Shown piece after piece: positions 33,606-44,738 of a DNA stretch of 64,000 nucleotides. Positions within the stretch are counted from its first letter, which is position 1. Each line of letters begins with the position of its first letter. Below the pieces are notes generated by a model. The model was not told where the DNA came from. It saw nothing but the letters and a program-made list of their open reading frames with translations, and searched no databases. The stretch is from an uncultured Mycoplasmatota bacterium (GTDB lineage Bacteria > Bacillota_I > Bacilli_A > RF39 > UBA660), in the NCBI GenBank assembly GCA_900546715.1, contig UREA01000004.1, positions 7,395-71,394 on the forward strand. The letters run 5' to 3'. A program made the translations under genes and the position numbers.

Positions 33606-34865
33606 TTACCCTTTACTTAATATTTTCTCTACTACTCTTTCTGTAGCATTTCCATCTTCTAAATAATTAAATTTCTCATTAAATTTTTTATACGTATTAA
33701 AATATTTTTTTTTGTTTTTATCTATACTTTTTATTTCTTTAACTAAATCTTTTTCATTTTCTACAATTGGTCCCGGCAATTCCTTTAAATTAATATAAAA
33801 ATCTCTTAATTTATTTTTATATTCCTTTAGATCATACATATAAAATATAATAGGTCTTTTTAATATTGCATAATCAAAAAATACACTAGAATAATCTGTG
33901 ATTAATAAATCACTTATTATATATAAATCATTTATATCGTCATATTGACTAACATTATAAACAAAACCTTTATATTCATCTAAATTAATATAATTAGCAA
34001 TAAAATAATGTGATCTAAATAATAATATATAATCTTCTCCAAATAATATTTGTAATTTTTTAAAATTGATTTCTGGTTCATATACATAACCAACACCAGA
34101 CTCATGTTGATTATCTCTCCATGTCGGAGCATATAAAATAATCTTTTTATTTTTAGGAATATTTAGGTCTTTTCTTACTCTATCAACATCTTTTTGTGTA
34201 TAGTTTATCAAAAAATCATTCCGTGGATATCCTTCTTCAATTATAATATTTTCTTTATTATACTTTTTTAAATTAAAGGCACTTCTAAATTTTTCAGAAC
34301 AAAATTTAGAAGGAGATACCATATAGTCATATTTTTTTGCATCAATTCTATATTTTTTTCTAATATCTTTTAAACTATTCATAGCATTTCCACCCTCAAC
34401 AGTAATATCATAACCTAATTTTTTTAATGGTGTTCCATGCCAACACTGAATATATTTTTGACTTTTCTTTTTTAAAATTACATCTGGTATACGAGAATTA
34501 GTTATCCAATATTTTGCTTTAGCATAATATTGATAATATTTTTTTGACTTATACTTTACTACTATAGTATTTTTATTTTTTTCTAAAAATTTATAATCTT
34601 CAATATTTTTAAAAAACCAAATAAAATTATATGAACTATATTTTTTATTATGTAACATATATTCATATATAGCTTTAGGACTACAAGCATAACTTCTACC
34701 CATATACGCCTCAAAAACTATTGTATTAGAATCAACATTAGTAGTAAAATAATATTTAATATATCGTAGCCTACCCATAATATTTCTAACTTTTCTAAGA
34801 AGGACCATAAACCAATGATGCATTTTGGCATAATTTAGCAATACTTTTTTAATTTTCTTTATCAT
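33606..34865 (-). CDS. CDP-glycerol glycerophosphotransferase (TagB/TagF family)
   Basis: ..DLLITDYSSVFFDYAILKRPIIFYMYDLKEY.. signature; 419 aa. Confidence 0.85.
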   Translation of the reverse strand: MIKKIKKVLLNYAKMHHWFMVLLRKVRNIMGRLRYIKYYFTTNVDSNTIVFEAYMGRSYACSPKAIYEYMLHNKKYSSYNFIWFFKNIEDYKFLEKNKNTIVVKYKSKKYYQYYAKAKYWITNSRIPDVILKKKSQKYIQCWHGTPLKKLGYDITVEGGNAMNSLKDIRKKYRIDAKKYDYMVSPSKFCSEKFRSAFNLKKYNKENIIIEEGYPRNDFLINYTQKDVDRVRKDLNIPKNKKIILYAPTWRDNQHESGVGYVYEPEINFKKLQILFGEDYILLFRSHYFIANYINLDEYKGFVYNVSQYDDINDLYIISDLLITDYSSVFFDYAILKRPIIFYMYDLKEYKNKLRDFYINLKELPGPIVENEKDLVKEIKSIDKNKKKYFNTYKKFNEKFNYLEDGNATERVVEKILSKG

Positions 34866-36027
34866 AGTACACTCCTTTTTTTAATATAAAATTACATATG
34901 TTTTTTGTAACAGTCCCATGAGTATTACAAATATATTTATTTTTGAAATTTCGTATTACATTCAAATCATACTTATTTTTATCTATATTTTCAAATAAAG
35001 ACTTAGCATCTTTAAATACATATCTTGGAAAAGCTTTTTCTAAATCAATATTTAATCCTGGATTATTTCTATATTCTTCATAATCATACACATATAAATA
35101 CACTGGCTTTTCTAATATCGAAGCTTCAATAGAAATTGCAGAATAATCAGTAACAACAATATCTGCAATTGATAAAAGTTGTAAAGAAGTAAAATCTTCA
35201 CAATAAAATAAATTTTTAATTTTCCTACTTTTATCAATATTCATATTTGGATGTTCTTTTATAATTAGTGCATATTTATTTAAATTTACGTTATTTATTA
35301 ATTCATCAATTTTATAATTATTATCATCTCTAAATGTTGGAACATATAATATTGTTTTTCTCTTTATTAATTCTGGATATTTTTTATATATTTTATTGCG
35401 ATTTATTTTATTATATGAAAGTATATAATCTATTCTTGGCAACCCCAAATTAACAAAATAACTTTGTGGATAATTAAAAGCTTTCAAAAAATACCTTGTC
35501 ATAGCTTTTGAACCAGATATTATATAATCATAATTTTTATGCATATGTAAAATCTTTGCAATTTTTATTTTTCTTGGTGTATTTAAAGTTTGGTATCCAA
35601 ATTTTTTTATAGCCCCTAGAGCATGCCACATTTGAATAATTGTAAGATTCTTTTTATGCTTTAAATTACTAATTGTAATATTATAACCATCGGTTATACA
35701 TACTTTACTAGTTGCCAAATGATACATTTGAAAGAATGTATTCTTTATATTTTTTAAATTATCCTTTATATTTTTTCGAGTCCTTTTATTTAAAAAAACT
35801 ATTTTTATAGTATTATCTGTTTTATTAATTTCCTTGGCCAACATTCTAAAATCTAGTGAAGGCTTATCAGATTGTCTACTTATAAATACTATTTTATTTT
35901 TGGTTGGAAAAAGTTTTAAAAAAATATAAATTATATTTAAAATAAAAACTCCTATATACAATATTATAGACATAAAACCACCTAAAACTATAAACTTATT
36001 ATAACATGATTCGACATTATTGTACAT
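34849..36027 (-). CDS. CDP-glycerol glycerophosphotransferase (TagB/TagF family)
   Basis: ..IVVTDYSAISIEASILEKPVYLYVYDYEEY.. signature. N-terminal TM anchor. Confidence 0.85.
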   Translation of the reverse strand: MYNNVESCYNKFIVLGGFMSIILYIGVFILNIIYIFLKLFPTKNKIVFISRQSDKPSLDFRMLAKEINKTDNTIKIVFLNKRTRKNIKDNLKNIKNTFFQMYHLATSKVCITDGYNITISNLKHKKNLTIIQMWHALGAIKKFGYQTLNTPRKIKIAKILHMHKNYDYIISGSKAMTRYFLKAFNYPQSYFVNLGLPRIDYILSYNKINRNKIYKKYPELIKRKTILYVPTFRDDNNYKIDELINNVNLNKYALIIKEHPNMNIDKSRKIKNLFYCEDFTSLQLLSIADIVVTDYSAISIEASILEKPVYLYVYDYEEYRNNPGLNIDLEKAFPRYVFKDAKSLFENIDKNKYDLNVIRNFKNKYICNTHGTVTKNICNFILKKGVYYDKEN

Positions 36028-36049
36028 AAAAATGTTGCCATGGCAACAT

Positions 36050-38467
36050 TTATTCCTCGATTTTTCTAATATAATCGATTAATTTATCTTTTACATTATC
36101 ATTTTTATATTTTTCACTTGTTTTTCTTGCGTTTTTTGATAACTTATTTTTTTCTTTAACGGACATATCAATATATTCTAAAACCTTATTTGCATATTTT
36201 TTTATGTCTCTATCACTTATAATAAATCCGTTTTCATTATTTCTTATAACATCTAACACTCCTTTAGCACTATCAAAGGCAATACAAGGTATTCCATAAC
36301 TCATTGCCTCAATTACCACTAAACCAAATGATTCTTCAAATGATGTCATTAAATATAAAGAACTATTTTGTAAATATTTTTTTATAAAATTTTGATTTTT
36401 AAATCCCCATAATTTAATATTATCTTCTAAATTATAATCTTTAATTAATTTAATTAAATTTTCTTTTTCTAATCCATCACCAAAAATATCTAAATGAATA
36501 CTATTATCTTGCTTTACAAAAATTTGCATTATTTTAATTAAATCAGCAAACCCTTTTATTTTATCAAGTCTACCAATGGCAATTAAATTTTTATTATTAA
36601 CTTTACTTATTTCATTATCACCCGGATAATAATTTAAGGCGAGTGGAATAAACTGCATTTTAATATTCACTTTATCTTTATATTGATCATATAAATACTT
36701 ACTTACTGGCATTATATAATCAATATTACTAAGTTTATTTAACTTAGCTATATATTCATCACTAATATCATACACATGTTGTTCACATACCTTTATTGCA
36801 TCTTTTCTTCCATATTTATTTAACAATTTACTAAATTCATATCTTGTTGATATAATTACTTTAGCATCACTATTAATTATATATTTTATTAATCTACTAT
36901 TTTTATTCATTAATATATATAAAGATTTAATGCCTTCTTTAAAAGTTTTAATTAATTTAAAACTTTTAAGACTATTAATAAATTCTTCTTTATTTGAAAC
37001 AGTATTCATTAAATATGTTACTTTTACTTTTTTACCTAACTTAAATGGTATATCATAACTTTGTTTATATAAAGAAATAATTTCTACTTCATAATTACTA
37101 CTTAGCATTGATGCTTGACTAGCTATAGCATTTTCAACTCCGCCATAACCCATATGCAAAGCTAAAAAAGCTATCTTTTTATCATTTATTTTTACTTTTT
37201 CAAATGCTTTTAAACCACTAGCTAAAAACATACAATAAACTACTATATAAATAGATACTGCAGGTGCCATATAAACATGACCCGCGACATTAGATATGCC
37301 AAGACTCATTAAAATCATTAAAATATAAAACACTCTATTTTTATTTAATTTAAATTTATCTTTAATAAGTAAATACAATAAAAATATAAATGGCATCAAG
37401 AATAATATTATTGCAATTACTCCAATATGATAAAATATATCTAAAATATCCATTTCAATTAATTTGGTTACATTTCCATTATTTATTTCAGCATTATTAT
37501 TAAAACCTAGACCAAACAATAAAGTCTCAGCATTAAAATTATCTAAATAAATTTCATTAGTGTTTTTTAAAAAATAATTTCTTTGACTAAGAAGTCTAAG
37601 TCCATATTTTTTTATTTTAACAAATAAGGAATCACCAGGAAGATCTTCGCAATTAACACATTCATATTCAGTCATTGATGGTGTTTCCATTACCGCAAAG
37701 AAATTATCCATTGTATAACTTCCAATACTAATCATTAATATTACAATAAATACAATTAAACTAGAAATAAACGGATTTTTAAATACTTTTTTATTATACA
37801 AATAAGATATTATAAGTACAATAAAACCAGTAATTAAAAGCCCAAATAAAGTTACTTTAGTACCAACATAACTTATAACTAGTAATATTGGAAGTATTCC
37901 CAAAAATAAATATTTTCTTTTATTACTAATTAAAAGATAAGAAAAAGGAAATAATAAAACTAGTATTGTAGAAACTTCATTCGCCGCATAGAACCAACCA
38001 ATCATACCATATAAACCATTTTCATAAGTATTAAAACTAGTACCAGTAAGTATTGGTAATATTAATAAAACAGAATAAACAATTATAGTATAGAGCATTA
38101 ATTTTTCTATTATTTCTTTTTCAAAACCGATATCATCAAATAAACATAAAAATGAGAAAAAGCCAATTGGAAAGAACAAAAATTTTACTAAATAATTTAT
38201 TTCATTAAATAAAACATTAAAATTATCAATAGGTTTACATACTAAATAAAATGTACTGAATAAAAAAGCTAATATAATATATATAATTGTTATTTTTTTA
38301 TATTTTGATTTAGTTAAGAAAATAGAATATATCACTAAAAATACAAGTAATAATCCTTTAATTATTCCTCCGATAGATATAGATACATCTAAAAATCTAG
38401 CAGTTATGGAACTACCTAAATCTATAAATGGCAAAAGAAGAAATAACAAATAAATAAATTTCTTCAT
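36050..38467 (-). CDS. Fusion: polytopic polymerase/ligase-like membrane domain + GT4 (GT-B) glycosyltransferase
   Basis: N-terminal ~400 aa is paralogous to the N-terminus of 27230..29260. The C-terminus has the GT4 motif EESFGLVVIEAMSYGIPCIAFD. Confidence 0.7.
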   Translation of the reverse strand: MKKFIYLLFLLLPFIDLGSSITARFLDVSISIGGIIKGLLLVFLVIYSIFLTKSKYKKITIIYIILAFLFSTFYLVCKPIDNFNVLFNEINYLVKFLFFPIGFFSFLCLFDDIGFEKEIIEKLMLYTIIVYSVLLILPILTGTSFNTYENGLYGMIGWFYAANEVSTILVLLFPFSYLLISNKRKYLFLGILPILLVISYVGTKVTLFGLLITGFIVLIISYLYNKKVFKNPFISSLIVFIVILMISIGSYTMDNFFAVMETPSMTEYECVNCEDLPGDSLFVKIKKYGLRLLSQRNYFLKNTNEIYLDNFNAETLLFGLGFNNNAEINNGNVTKLIEMDILDIFYHIGVIAIILFLMPFIFLLYLLIKDKFKLNKNRVFYILMILMSLGISNVAGHVYMAPAVSIYIVVYCMFLASGLKAFEKVKINDKKIAFLALHMGYGGVENAIASQASMLSSNYEVEIISLYKQSYDIPFKLGKKVKVTYLMNTVSNKEEFINSLKSFKLIKTFKEGIKSLYILMNKNSRLIKYIINSDAKVIISTRYEFSKLLNKYGRKDAIKVCEQHVYDISDEYIAKLNKLSNIDYIMPVSKYLYDQYKDKVNIKMQFIPLALNYYPGDNEISKVNNKNLIAIGRLDKIKGFADLIKIMQIFVKQDNSIHLDIFGDGLEKENLIKLIKDYNLEDNIKLWGFKNQNFIKKYLQNSSLYLMTSFEESFGLVVIEAMSYGIPCIAFDSAKGVLDVIRNNENGFIISDRDIKKYANKVLEYIDMSVKEKNKLSKNARKTSEKYKNDNVKDKLIDYIRKIEE

Positions 38468-39426
38468 TTTGTATTTCTCCTTTCTAACAAATTATAAATT
38501 GTACAATACAACTTAGTTAATATTTTACTAGATTTCACTTTTCTTTTCAAGTAGTTAAACTTATTTAAATAATTACATCTTCTCCATTTACTATCTAAAT
38601 TATCTAAATAATCAAATGCTTCATCAATAAATTTATTTCTAATATTTTTATTATTTATATATCTTTGTTGAATTGTATAATCCGTAAGTATCATTACTAC
38701 CAAATTAATCATAGCTTCATGCATATAATCATATTTTTCTAAATCTTTAACAATTATATCTGTTATTTTTAATATATCAAATATTCTTTCATCTCTCGTT
38801 GTAGTTTCACTTTTTTCATGAATTACATAATGAGCTAAACATTTATTTATTTTACCTATTTTTTTAGCACTTAATAATAATCTACATACAAATGGTGCAT
38901 CTTCATATTTTAAATTTTCTATAAATCTATTATTTTTATCTTTAAATAATTCTTTTTTATATATTTTATTACATGGTCCTAAATTTATGTAGTTAATAAT
39001 TTCTGGATTTTCCATTAAGTTTGTATCTTTAAAAGATGCAAACTTAATTTCTTTTAATTCATTATTTATATCCTCAAAGTAATCACATATAACTATATCA
39101 CATTTATCTTTAATGGCTTTATTATACATTACTTCACAAAAATTAGATTCTATATAATCATCTGAATCAATAAACGCTAAATACTCTCCGCTAGCTATTT
39201 CTATACCAAGATTTCTAGTTTTTCCTATACCTTCATTTTTTTTAGATATATATTTTATTCTTTTATCTTTATATTTTTTTATAATACTTTCACAATTATC
39301 AGTTGATCCATCATTAATTAAAATAATTTCAATCTCTTTTAAAGTTTGATTTAATAAAGAATTAATACACTTATTTAAATACTTTGCAGTATTATATACT
39401 GGTACAATAATACTTACCTTTACCAT
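38464..39426 (-). CDS. Family 2 glycosyltransferase
   Basis: VSIIVPVYNTAKYLNKCINSLLNQTLKEIEIILINDGSTDN ... DSDD. Confidence 0.85.
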   Translation of the reverse strand: MVKVSIIVPVYNTAKYLNKCINSLLNQTLKEIEIILINDGSTDNCESIIKKYKDKRIKYISKKNEGIGKTRNLGIEIASGEYLAFIDSDDYIESNFCEVMYNKAIKDKCDIVICDYFEDINNELKEIKFASFKDTNLMENPEIINYINLGPCNKIYKKELFKDKNNRFIENLKYEDAPFVCRLLLSAKKIGKINKCLAHYVIHEKSETTTRDERIFDILKITDIIVKDLEKYDYMHEAMINLVVMILTDYTIQQRYINNKNIRNKFIDEAFDYLDNLDSKWRRCNYLNKFNYLKRKVKSSKILTKLYCTIYNLLERRNTK

Positions 39427-39428
39427 AA

Positions 39429-41420
39429 TTACCTCTTAATTACTTTTTTAATTATTATTTTAATTGTTGCTACTAAACCATAATTATCTAAACAATAAAT
39501 TACTTTTTCTAATACATTTTTATCTGTTGTATTATTTATTGGTCTTTTTTCATATTTTTGCAAATCAATTTTTTTACATTTATCAATACACATTTCCAAT
39601 GTCTTTTGATAAGGAGAAGTTTTCAAATGTATTGCCATTTTATAATAAAAATTATAAACTGATCCTTCCAATTGTTTTTTTCTTTTATCAGGTACATCCT
39701 CAATCATAAATTGCCATAATTCTTCTCCTTCAGATACTGCCTTTGGATTCATATTTGTATCTTGCAACGAATGAATTCTTGTTTTAGCTAATATATCCGT
39801 CATATGAACAAATTGATATTTTTTTAAAAATTTATGCCACAAATCATAATCTTGAGTACATCTAAGATTTTCATTAAATTTACCACATTCATCAAATGCC
39901 ACTTTAGGTATTAACATAGTTATTCCATTTACACAACCACGAAGAAGACAATATTCAGGTATTAAAGTGTTTTTATGATTAATAATTACTTCACTTAACT
40001 TTCTACCATTTTCATTTATAAGTAAATAATTACTAAATAATACAATATTTTTATTTTTTTGCCTACTAAAAAAATTTATTTGATTTTCTATTTTTTGTGG
40101 AAAATATAAATCATCATGTGAAAGCCAAGAAAAATATTTCCCTTGCATTTTTTCAATTGCTAAATTAAGAGCAGAAGCAACTCCCCCATTTTCTTTTTTG
40201 AAATATCTTATTTTATTTTTATATTTCTTACAAATAGCATCAGTATTATCAACAGATCCATCATTCACCACAATTATTTCAATATTATTATAAGTTTGTG
40301 CAAGTGCACTTTCAATTGCTTCTTCTAAATAATTCTCTCCATTATAAACTGGAATTACTATAGATACTAACGGATTAAACCCATCAGGATCTATATTTTG
40401 CCATTTGTTATACTTATCAGAAATAACTTCATTTTTTATTATTTTATTATATATATTATCATAATCATTATTATTCATATCTTTTATTATATTACGATAA
40501 ATTTTAGATTTATATAAATTGTTATTTTTCAAAAAATTATTTTTTTCTAAAAGATATTCTTTTTTATTTTTAGTCATATTTTCTTTTACTATTCCTAAAA
40601 ATTCCCTTACTTTATATATTGGTATAACATCTAAAGAATAACAAATATGAGGTATATATGCATTTGCAGCATAAATTTGTGCATAAGTTATATTTTGCTC
40701 ATATAATAAATCTATCGCTTCAATTAAGCATTCCAATCCATCCTTATATTTTTCATAATTAATATTTCTAGTAAGAGAATCAGGACTTTGATAATAGTAA
40801 TAGTAATTATCTTTACAATATGATATTTTATTTGCTTTAATTATTGCAAAAATACTAAATAATATATCATCACTCTTTTTTTTAGAAAACTGATTATTTT
40901 TAATTAAATCTTTTTTAAATAACTTAGAACAAGTTGAAACACAAGCCCAATTACCTAGTAATATTTCTTTAGAGATATTTATATCGTTACTTTCTTTTGT
41001 AGAATATATATTGTTAACATAAATATTATTTTTTATTTCTTTATCATTTTCCACCAAAGAAATATCAGATACGACTATATCACTACTTTCCTTTTCGGCA
41101 AGTTTTAACATTGTTTGAAAATACAATTTATCCACATAATCATCAGCATCAATAAAACCTATATATTTACCATTAGCAATTTCTAGCGCTTTATTGCGAC
41201 TTAGGCCTGCTCCAATATTTTTATCATTGTTAATTAAAACAATATTTTTATCTACATTCTCATTTTGATAGTTTTTAATAATTTTTAAAGATTCATCTGT
41301 TGAGCAATCATTGATTATTATTAGTTCATCATTAACTGTTAAATACTTTAAAAATGAATCTAAGCATTTATTTAAATATTTTTCAGCATTATATACTGGC
41401 ATAATAATTGATAAATTCAT
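39429..41420 (-). CDS. Tandem double-GT2 glycosyltransferase
   Basis: Two GT2 modules: LSIIMPVYNAEKYLNKC...DADD and VSIVIPVYNGENYLEEAIESALAQTYNNIEIIVVNDGS...HDD. Confidence 0.8.
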   Translation of the reverse strand: MNLSIIMPVYNAEKYLNKCLDSFLKYLTVNDELIIINDCSTDESLKIIKNYQNENVDKNIVLINNDKNIGAGLSRNKALEIANGKYIGFIDADDYVDKLYFQTMLKLAEKESSDIVVSDISLVENDKEIKNNIYVNNIYSTKESNDINISKEILLGNWACVSTCSKLFKKDLIKNNQFSKKKSDDILFSIFAIIKANKISYCKDNYYYYYQSPDSLTRNINYEKYKDGLECLIEAIDLLYEQNITYAQIYAANAYIPHICYSLDVIPIYKVREFLGIVKENMTKNKKEYLLEKNNFLKNNNLYKSKIYRNIIKDMNNNDYDNIYNKIIKNEVISDKYNKWQNIDPDGFNPLVSIVIPVYNGENYLEEAIESALAQTYNNIEIIVVNDGSVDNTDAICKKYKNKIRYFKKENGGVASALNLAIEKMQGKYFSWLSHDDLYFPQKIENQINFFSRQKNKNIVLFSNYLLINENGRKLSEVIINHKNTLIPEYCLLRGCVNGITMLIPKVAFDECGKFNENLRCTQDYDLWHKFLKKYQFVHMTDILAKTRIHSLQDTNMNPKAVSEGEELWQFMIEDVPDKRKKQLEGSVYNFYYKMAIHLKTSPYQKTLEMCIDKCKKIDLQKYEKRPINNTTDKNVLEKVIYCLDNYGLVATIKIIIKKVIKR
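40100..40390. repeat. Diverged ~290-bp direct repeat (GT2 module); partner copy at ~44400..44690
   Basis: The second GT2 module of 39429..41420 and the GT2 module of 42492..44711 share long identical runs at DNA level, about 80% overall (e.g. tcatcatgtgaaagccaaga...; ...atatcttattttatt...). Confidence 0.55.
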
Positions 41421-41428
41421 ATTTCACT

Positions 41429-42481
41429 CTATTTCCTTTTAAATAAATTCGTAAGATTTCTTAATGGCTTTGTAATCCTCCAACTTTTAGAATTTAATAT
41501 ATCATTTAAATAATTGTTAATTTCTGTGTTTGACTTTTTAATAATTTCATTTTCTTCAATATAATTCCTTTGTTGTTGTTTTAACATATCATATTCATTT
41601 TTTATTTTCTTATTCTCTAATTTAAGATTTTCTAAATCTTTTTGAAAATCCATTTTTTTAAATTCTGCTTTTATAAAATCATATTGAGATTTCAACAAAT
41701 TATTAATACTATAAATACTATTTTCATAATTTTGTATTAATAAGTCTTTTTCAATTTTTTCAGCATATTTAGCTTTAATCATAATTCGATTATCACTTTC
41801 TTCTTTTATCAAAGATAAAACATACCCCTGATTAATTAAAAATTCCGTACATTTATATGCACAATATTCCGAATGTAATTCTATATATATTAATGGGTGA
41901 TATTTACTAATAGTATTAATAGCCCCTAATAATAACATAAATTCTGCTCCCTCGATATCTATCTTAATAATATCAGGAATCAATTTATTTTTTGAAACAA
42001 AAGAATCCAAAGTTTTTGTTTCTACAATTTGATATTCAAAACAATTTGGCAAATTATCATTAGATATAGTAGAATGAGAACCTTCAATTCTAGAAGTTGA
42101 ACTAGGTCCTTCAATAACTTTTGACAAATACATTTTTACACTAGCATTTGCGTTTGACAGCGCATATGGAAATACTCTTATATTGGCTGAAATTTTTTTG
42201 TTTTTCTCAAAATTTTTCTCTATTCTCTTTCGATTATAAGGATTTGGTTCAAACGCAATAATTTTACAATTTTTAGAATACTTGGAAAAAACCATGCTAG
42301 ACAAACCTATAAATGCTCCTACATCAAATATAGTTTTATTATTCAGTTCTTCAGAAATCATATCATTAACCATTTCTGGATCAGTATTACCATTTTCATA
42401 TACTTTAAAATATTCTGCTGTAGTATAAATTTTTATTCCTTTAGCATTTCCTTCATTAAATTCATAAAAATCTAATTTCAT
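41429..42481 (-). CDS. FkbM-family methyltransferase with C-terminal coiled coil
   Basis: DVGAFIGLSSMVFSKYSKNCKIIAFEPNP SAM-binding motif. C-terminal heptad-rich ~100 aa. Confidence 0.7.
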   Translation of the reverse strand: MKLDFYEFNEGNAKGIKIYTTAEYFKVYENGNTDPEMVNDMISEELNNKTIFDVGAFIGLSSMVFSKYSKNCKIIAFEPNPYNRKRIEKNFEKNKKISANIRVFPYALSNANASVKMYLSKVIEGPSSTSRIEGSHSTISNDNLPNCFEYQIVETKTLDSFVSKNKLIPDIIKIDIEGAEFMLLLGAINTISKYHPLIYIELHSEYCAYKCTEFLINQGYVLSLIKEESDNRIMIKAKYAEKIEKDLLIQNYENSIYSINNLLKSQYDFIKAEFKKMDFQKDLENLKLENKKIKNEYDMLKQQQRNYIEENEIIKKSNTEINNYLNDILNSKSWRITKPLRNLTNLFKRK

Positions 42482-42491
42482 TATTATTCAC

Positions 42492-44711
42492 CTACTCATC
42501 AAATTTTATTATCTTTTTAAATAAATTCATTATTTTTTTATCAGAATTCAAAATTACTTTTTTTATTTCTTTTCTAGTTTTTAAAGGCAATAATCGATAA
42601 AATTTTCTAAAAACATTTGACTTATATACAATAGGAATAGTAGTATAGTTTGTTTCTGAATAAACATTATGTTTTTTTAATTGTTCAATTGTTAATTTAG
42701 CTTCTGTTGAAAGTAAATGATTTTTCATTACATCTTTATATACATTAATTATGTTATTAATATATATATCTTTTGAATAATTTTTTTCTACAAAATTACG
42801 ACATATATTCCCTTTTCTGATAAGTTCCTTTTTATCTTTAATCAATTCTGATAATTTATTAGAAAAAGAATCTTCATCAACGCATAAACCGATATTTGGC
42901 GACGAAATAACTTCGCTAATGGCAGAGCCAGGGCTATTTATAGACAATACAAATTTTCCACACGCCATTGCTTCAATAGCCATCATTCCAAATGTTTCTT
43001 GTTTTGATGGCATTAAGAAAATATCACACGCTTGATACAACTTTATTAACTTTTCATCATCAACCCAACCATATTCTTTAATATTATACTCATTTTTATC
43101 CAAATCACTTAATAATCCGATTTGGTCAGTTGTTAATATTGTAATATTTTTTTGGCATTTTATATTATTTAATGCTTTTTTTATTATATTTAATCCCTTA
43201 AATTGGTCATTAACACTTCTAAACATTATTACAATATCGTTTTCTGGAATATCTAGCTCATCTCTAATAGTTTTTTGATTATTGGTTGGTTTAAACTTTT
43301 CTAAATTTATCCCAAATGGAACCTTATATATTTTTTTATCTTTCCAAATTGGTGATTTCAAAACTTTATTTTTCATCCATTCTGTAGAAACTATTATTGC
43401 AATTTGTGAATTATTTATCGCTTTTTTCTTTAATAAAAAGTTTAAAGATGAATAGTCGCTAGATAACGGAAATAATTCGTCCAAATATTCACAATCAAAA
43501 CATTGCTTTTGCCATTTATCACAGTCAAAGTGGTGTACACAATGTCCTCCTAAGAAAAAAGGATCATGCATACTTATAACACAGGGCTTAAGTTCTGTTA
43601 TATAAGGTAAATATTCTAAATTTATCAAATTATGTATTAAATGAAAATGTATTATATCTGCCCCGTAAAATAATTTATTTTTTAAAAATTCTTTTTCGGA
43701 ATTTTTCATATTAAAGTCAAATAAAAATGTTTTTTTATCGTCAGATTGTTTAAACAAAACCATTTGCTTAGAAGATATTCCGTTTTCTCTTAAATAATTG
43801 TGTAAATCATGACCATTAAACTTATTACCTATTAAGTCATATGAAGAAACTTGTAAATTCTTTATTAATTTATCACTTATATAATTATACGCTTTATAAT
43901 AACCTGCTGCCCCAAAAAAATCTAACATATCTTCATAAAAATCCAACTTTGTAGGTGCTAATAATTTAAAATCATTTTCTTTAAAATTATCAATAATTTT
44001 TATAAATAAATCACTATATTCTTCTGAACCTTTAACTTTACTTCTTCTTCCTTGTCTATTAGAAGAATCTCTTGCCGTTACTAAAATTTCAGGAATTAAT
44101 TTATGAGGAAATTTTGAAAACGCTCTATAGAAAAATTCAAAATCTTGAGCAACTAATGATTTTTCATCAAATAAGCCTACTTTTTTAAAACAAGCCTTAG
44201 GAATTAACAATGTACAACCATGCGTCAGATTATAAATTATTGGATGTAGCATAGATTTTTCTCTTGGTGGATATTCCTTTATATGATCTATATAATGTGT
44301 TTCATATATTTTTTCATAATTTTCGTTTATACCATTAAGATCAGACATCATTATTGTATTTTTGTTTTCTAACTTTTCCAATTCTTCTACTTGTCTTTTA
44401 ATTTTATTTGGATAATATTTATCATCATGTGAAAGCCAAGAGAAATATTCTCCATTCATGTTTTTTATTCCCAAATTTAGTGCTGTAGATGTACCTCCGT
44501 TTTCTTTTTTAAAATATCTTATTTTATTACCATAACTTTTACATATTTCATCAGTTCTATCTTCTGAACCATCATTAACAACAATAATTTCAATATTATC
44601 ATAAGTTTGTGCTAAAGCACTATCTATTGCTTCAGCAACATAATTCTCACCATTATATACAGGAATAATAATGGAAACTAAAGGGTTAAATTTTTCTTTT
44701 TTGTTTGCCAT
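42492..44711 (-). CDS. Bifunctional GT2 + GT4 glycosyltransferase
   Basis: N-terminal VSIIIPVYNGENYVAEAIDSALAQTYDNIEIIVVNDGS (GT2). C-terminal ..KQETFGMMAIEAMACGKFVLS.. (GT4). Confidence 0.8.
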   Translation of the reverse strand: MANKKEKFNPLVSIIIPVYNGENYVAEAIDSALAQTYDNIEIIVVNDGSEDRTDEICKSYGNKIRYFKKENGGTSTALNLGIKNMNGEYFSWLSHDDKYYPNKIKRQVEELEKLENKNTIMMSDLNGINENYEKIYETHYIDHIKEYPPREKSMLHPIIYNLTHGCTLLIPKACFKKVGLFDEKSLVAQDFEFFYRAFSKFPHKLIPEILVTARDSSNRQGRRSKVKGSEEYSDLFIKIIDNFKENDFKLLAPTKLDFYEDMLDFFGAAGYYKAYNYISDKLIKNLQVSSYDLIGNKFNGHDLHNYLRENGISSKQMVLFKQSDDKKTFLFDFNMKNSEKEFLKNKLFYGADIIHFHLIHNLINLEYLPYITELKPCVISMHDPFFLGGHCVHHFDCDKWQKQCFDCEYLDELFPLSSDYSSLNFLLKKKAINNSQIAIIVSTEWMKNKVLKSPIWKDKKIYKVPFGINLEKFKPTNNQKTIRDELDIPENDIVIMFRSVNDQFKGLNIIKKALNNIKCQKNITILTTDQIGLLSDLDKNEYNIKEYGWVDDEKLIKLYQACDIFLMPSKQETFGMMAIEAMACGKFVLSINSPGSAISEVISSPNIGLCVDEDSFSNKLSELIKDKKELIRKGNICRNFVEKNYSKDIYINNIINVYKDVMKNHLLSTEAKLTIEQLKKHNVYSETNYTTIPIVYKSNVFRKFYRLLPLKTRKEIKKVILNSDKKIMNLFKKIIKFDE

Positions 44712-44738
44712 TTCAATAACCTACCTCTTTATAATTTT

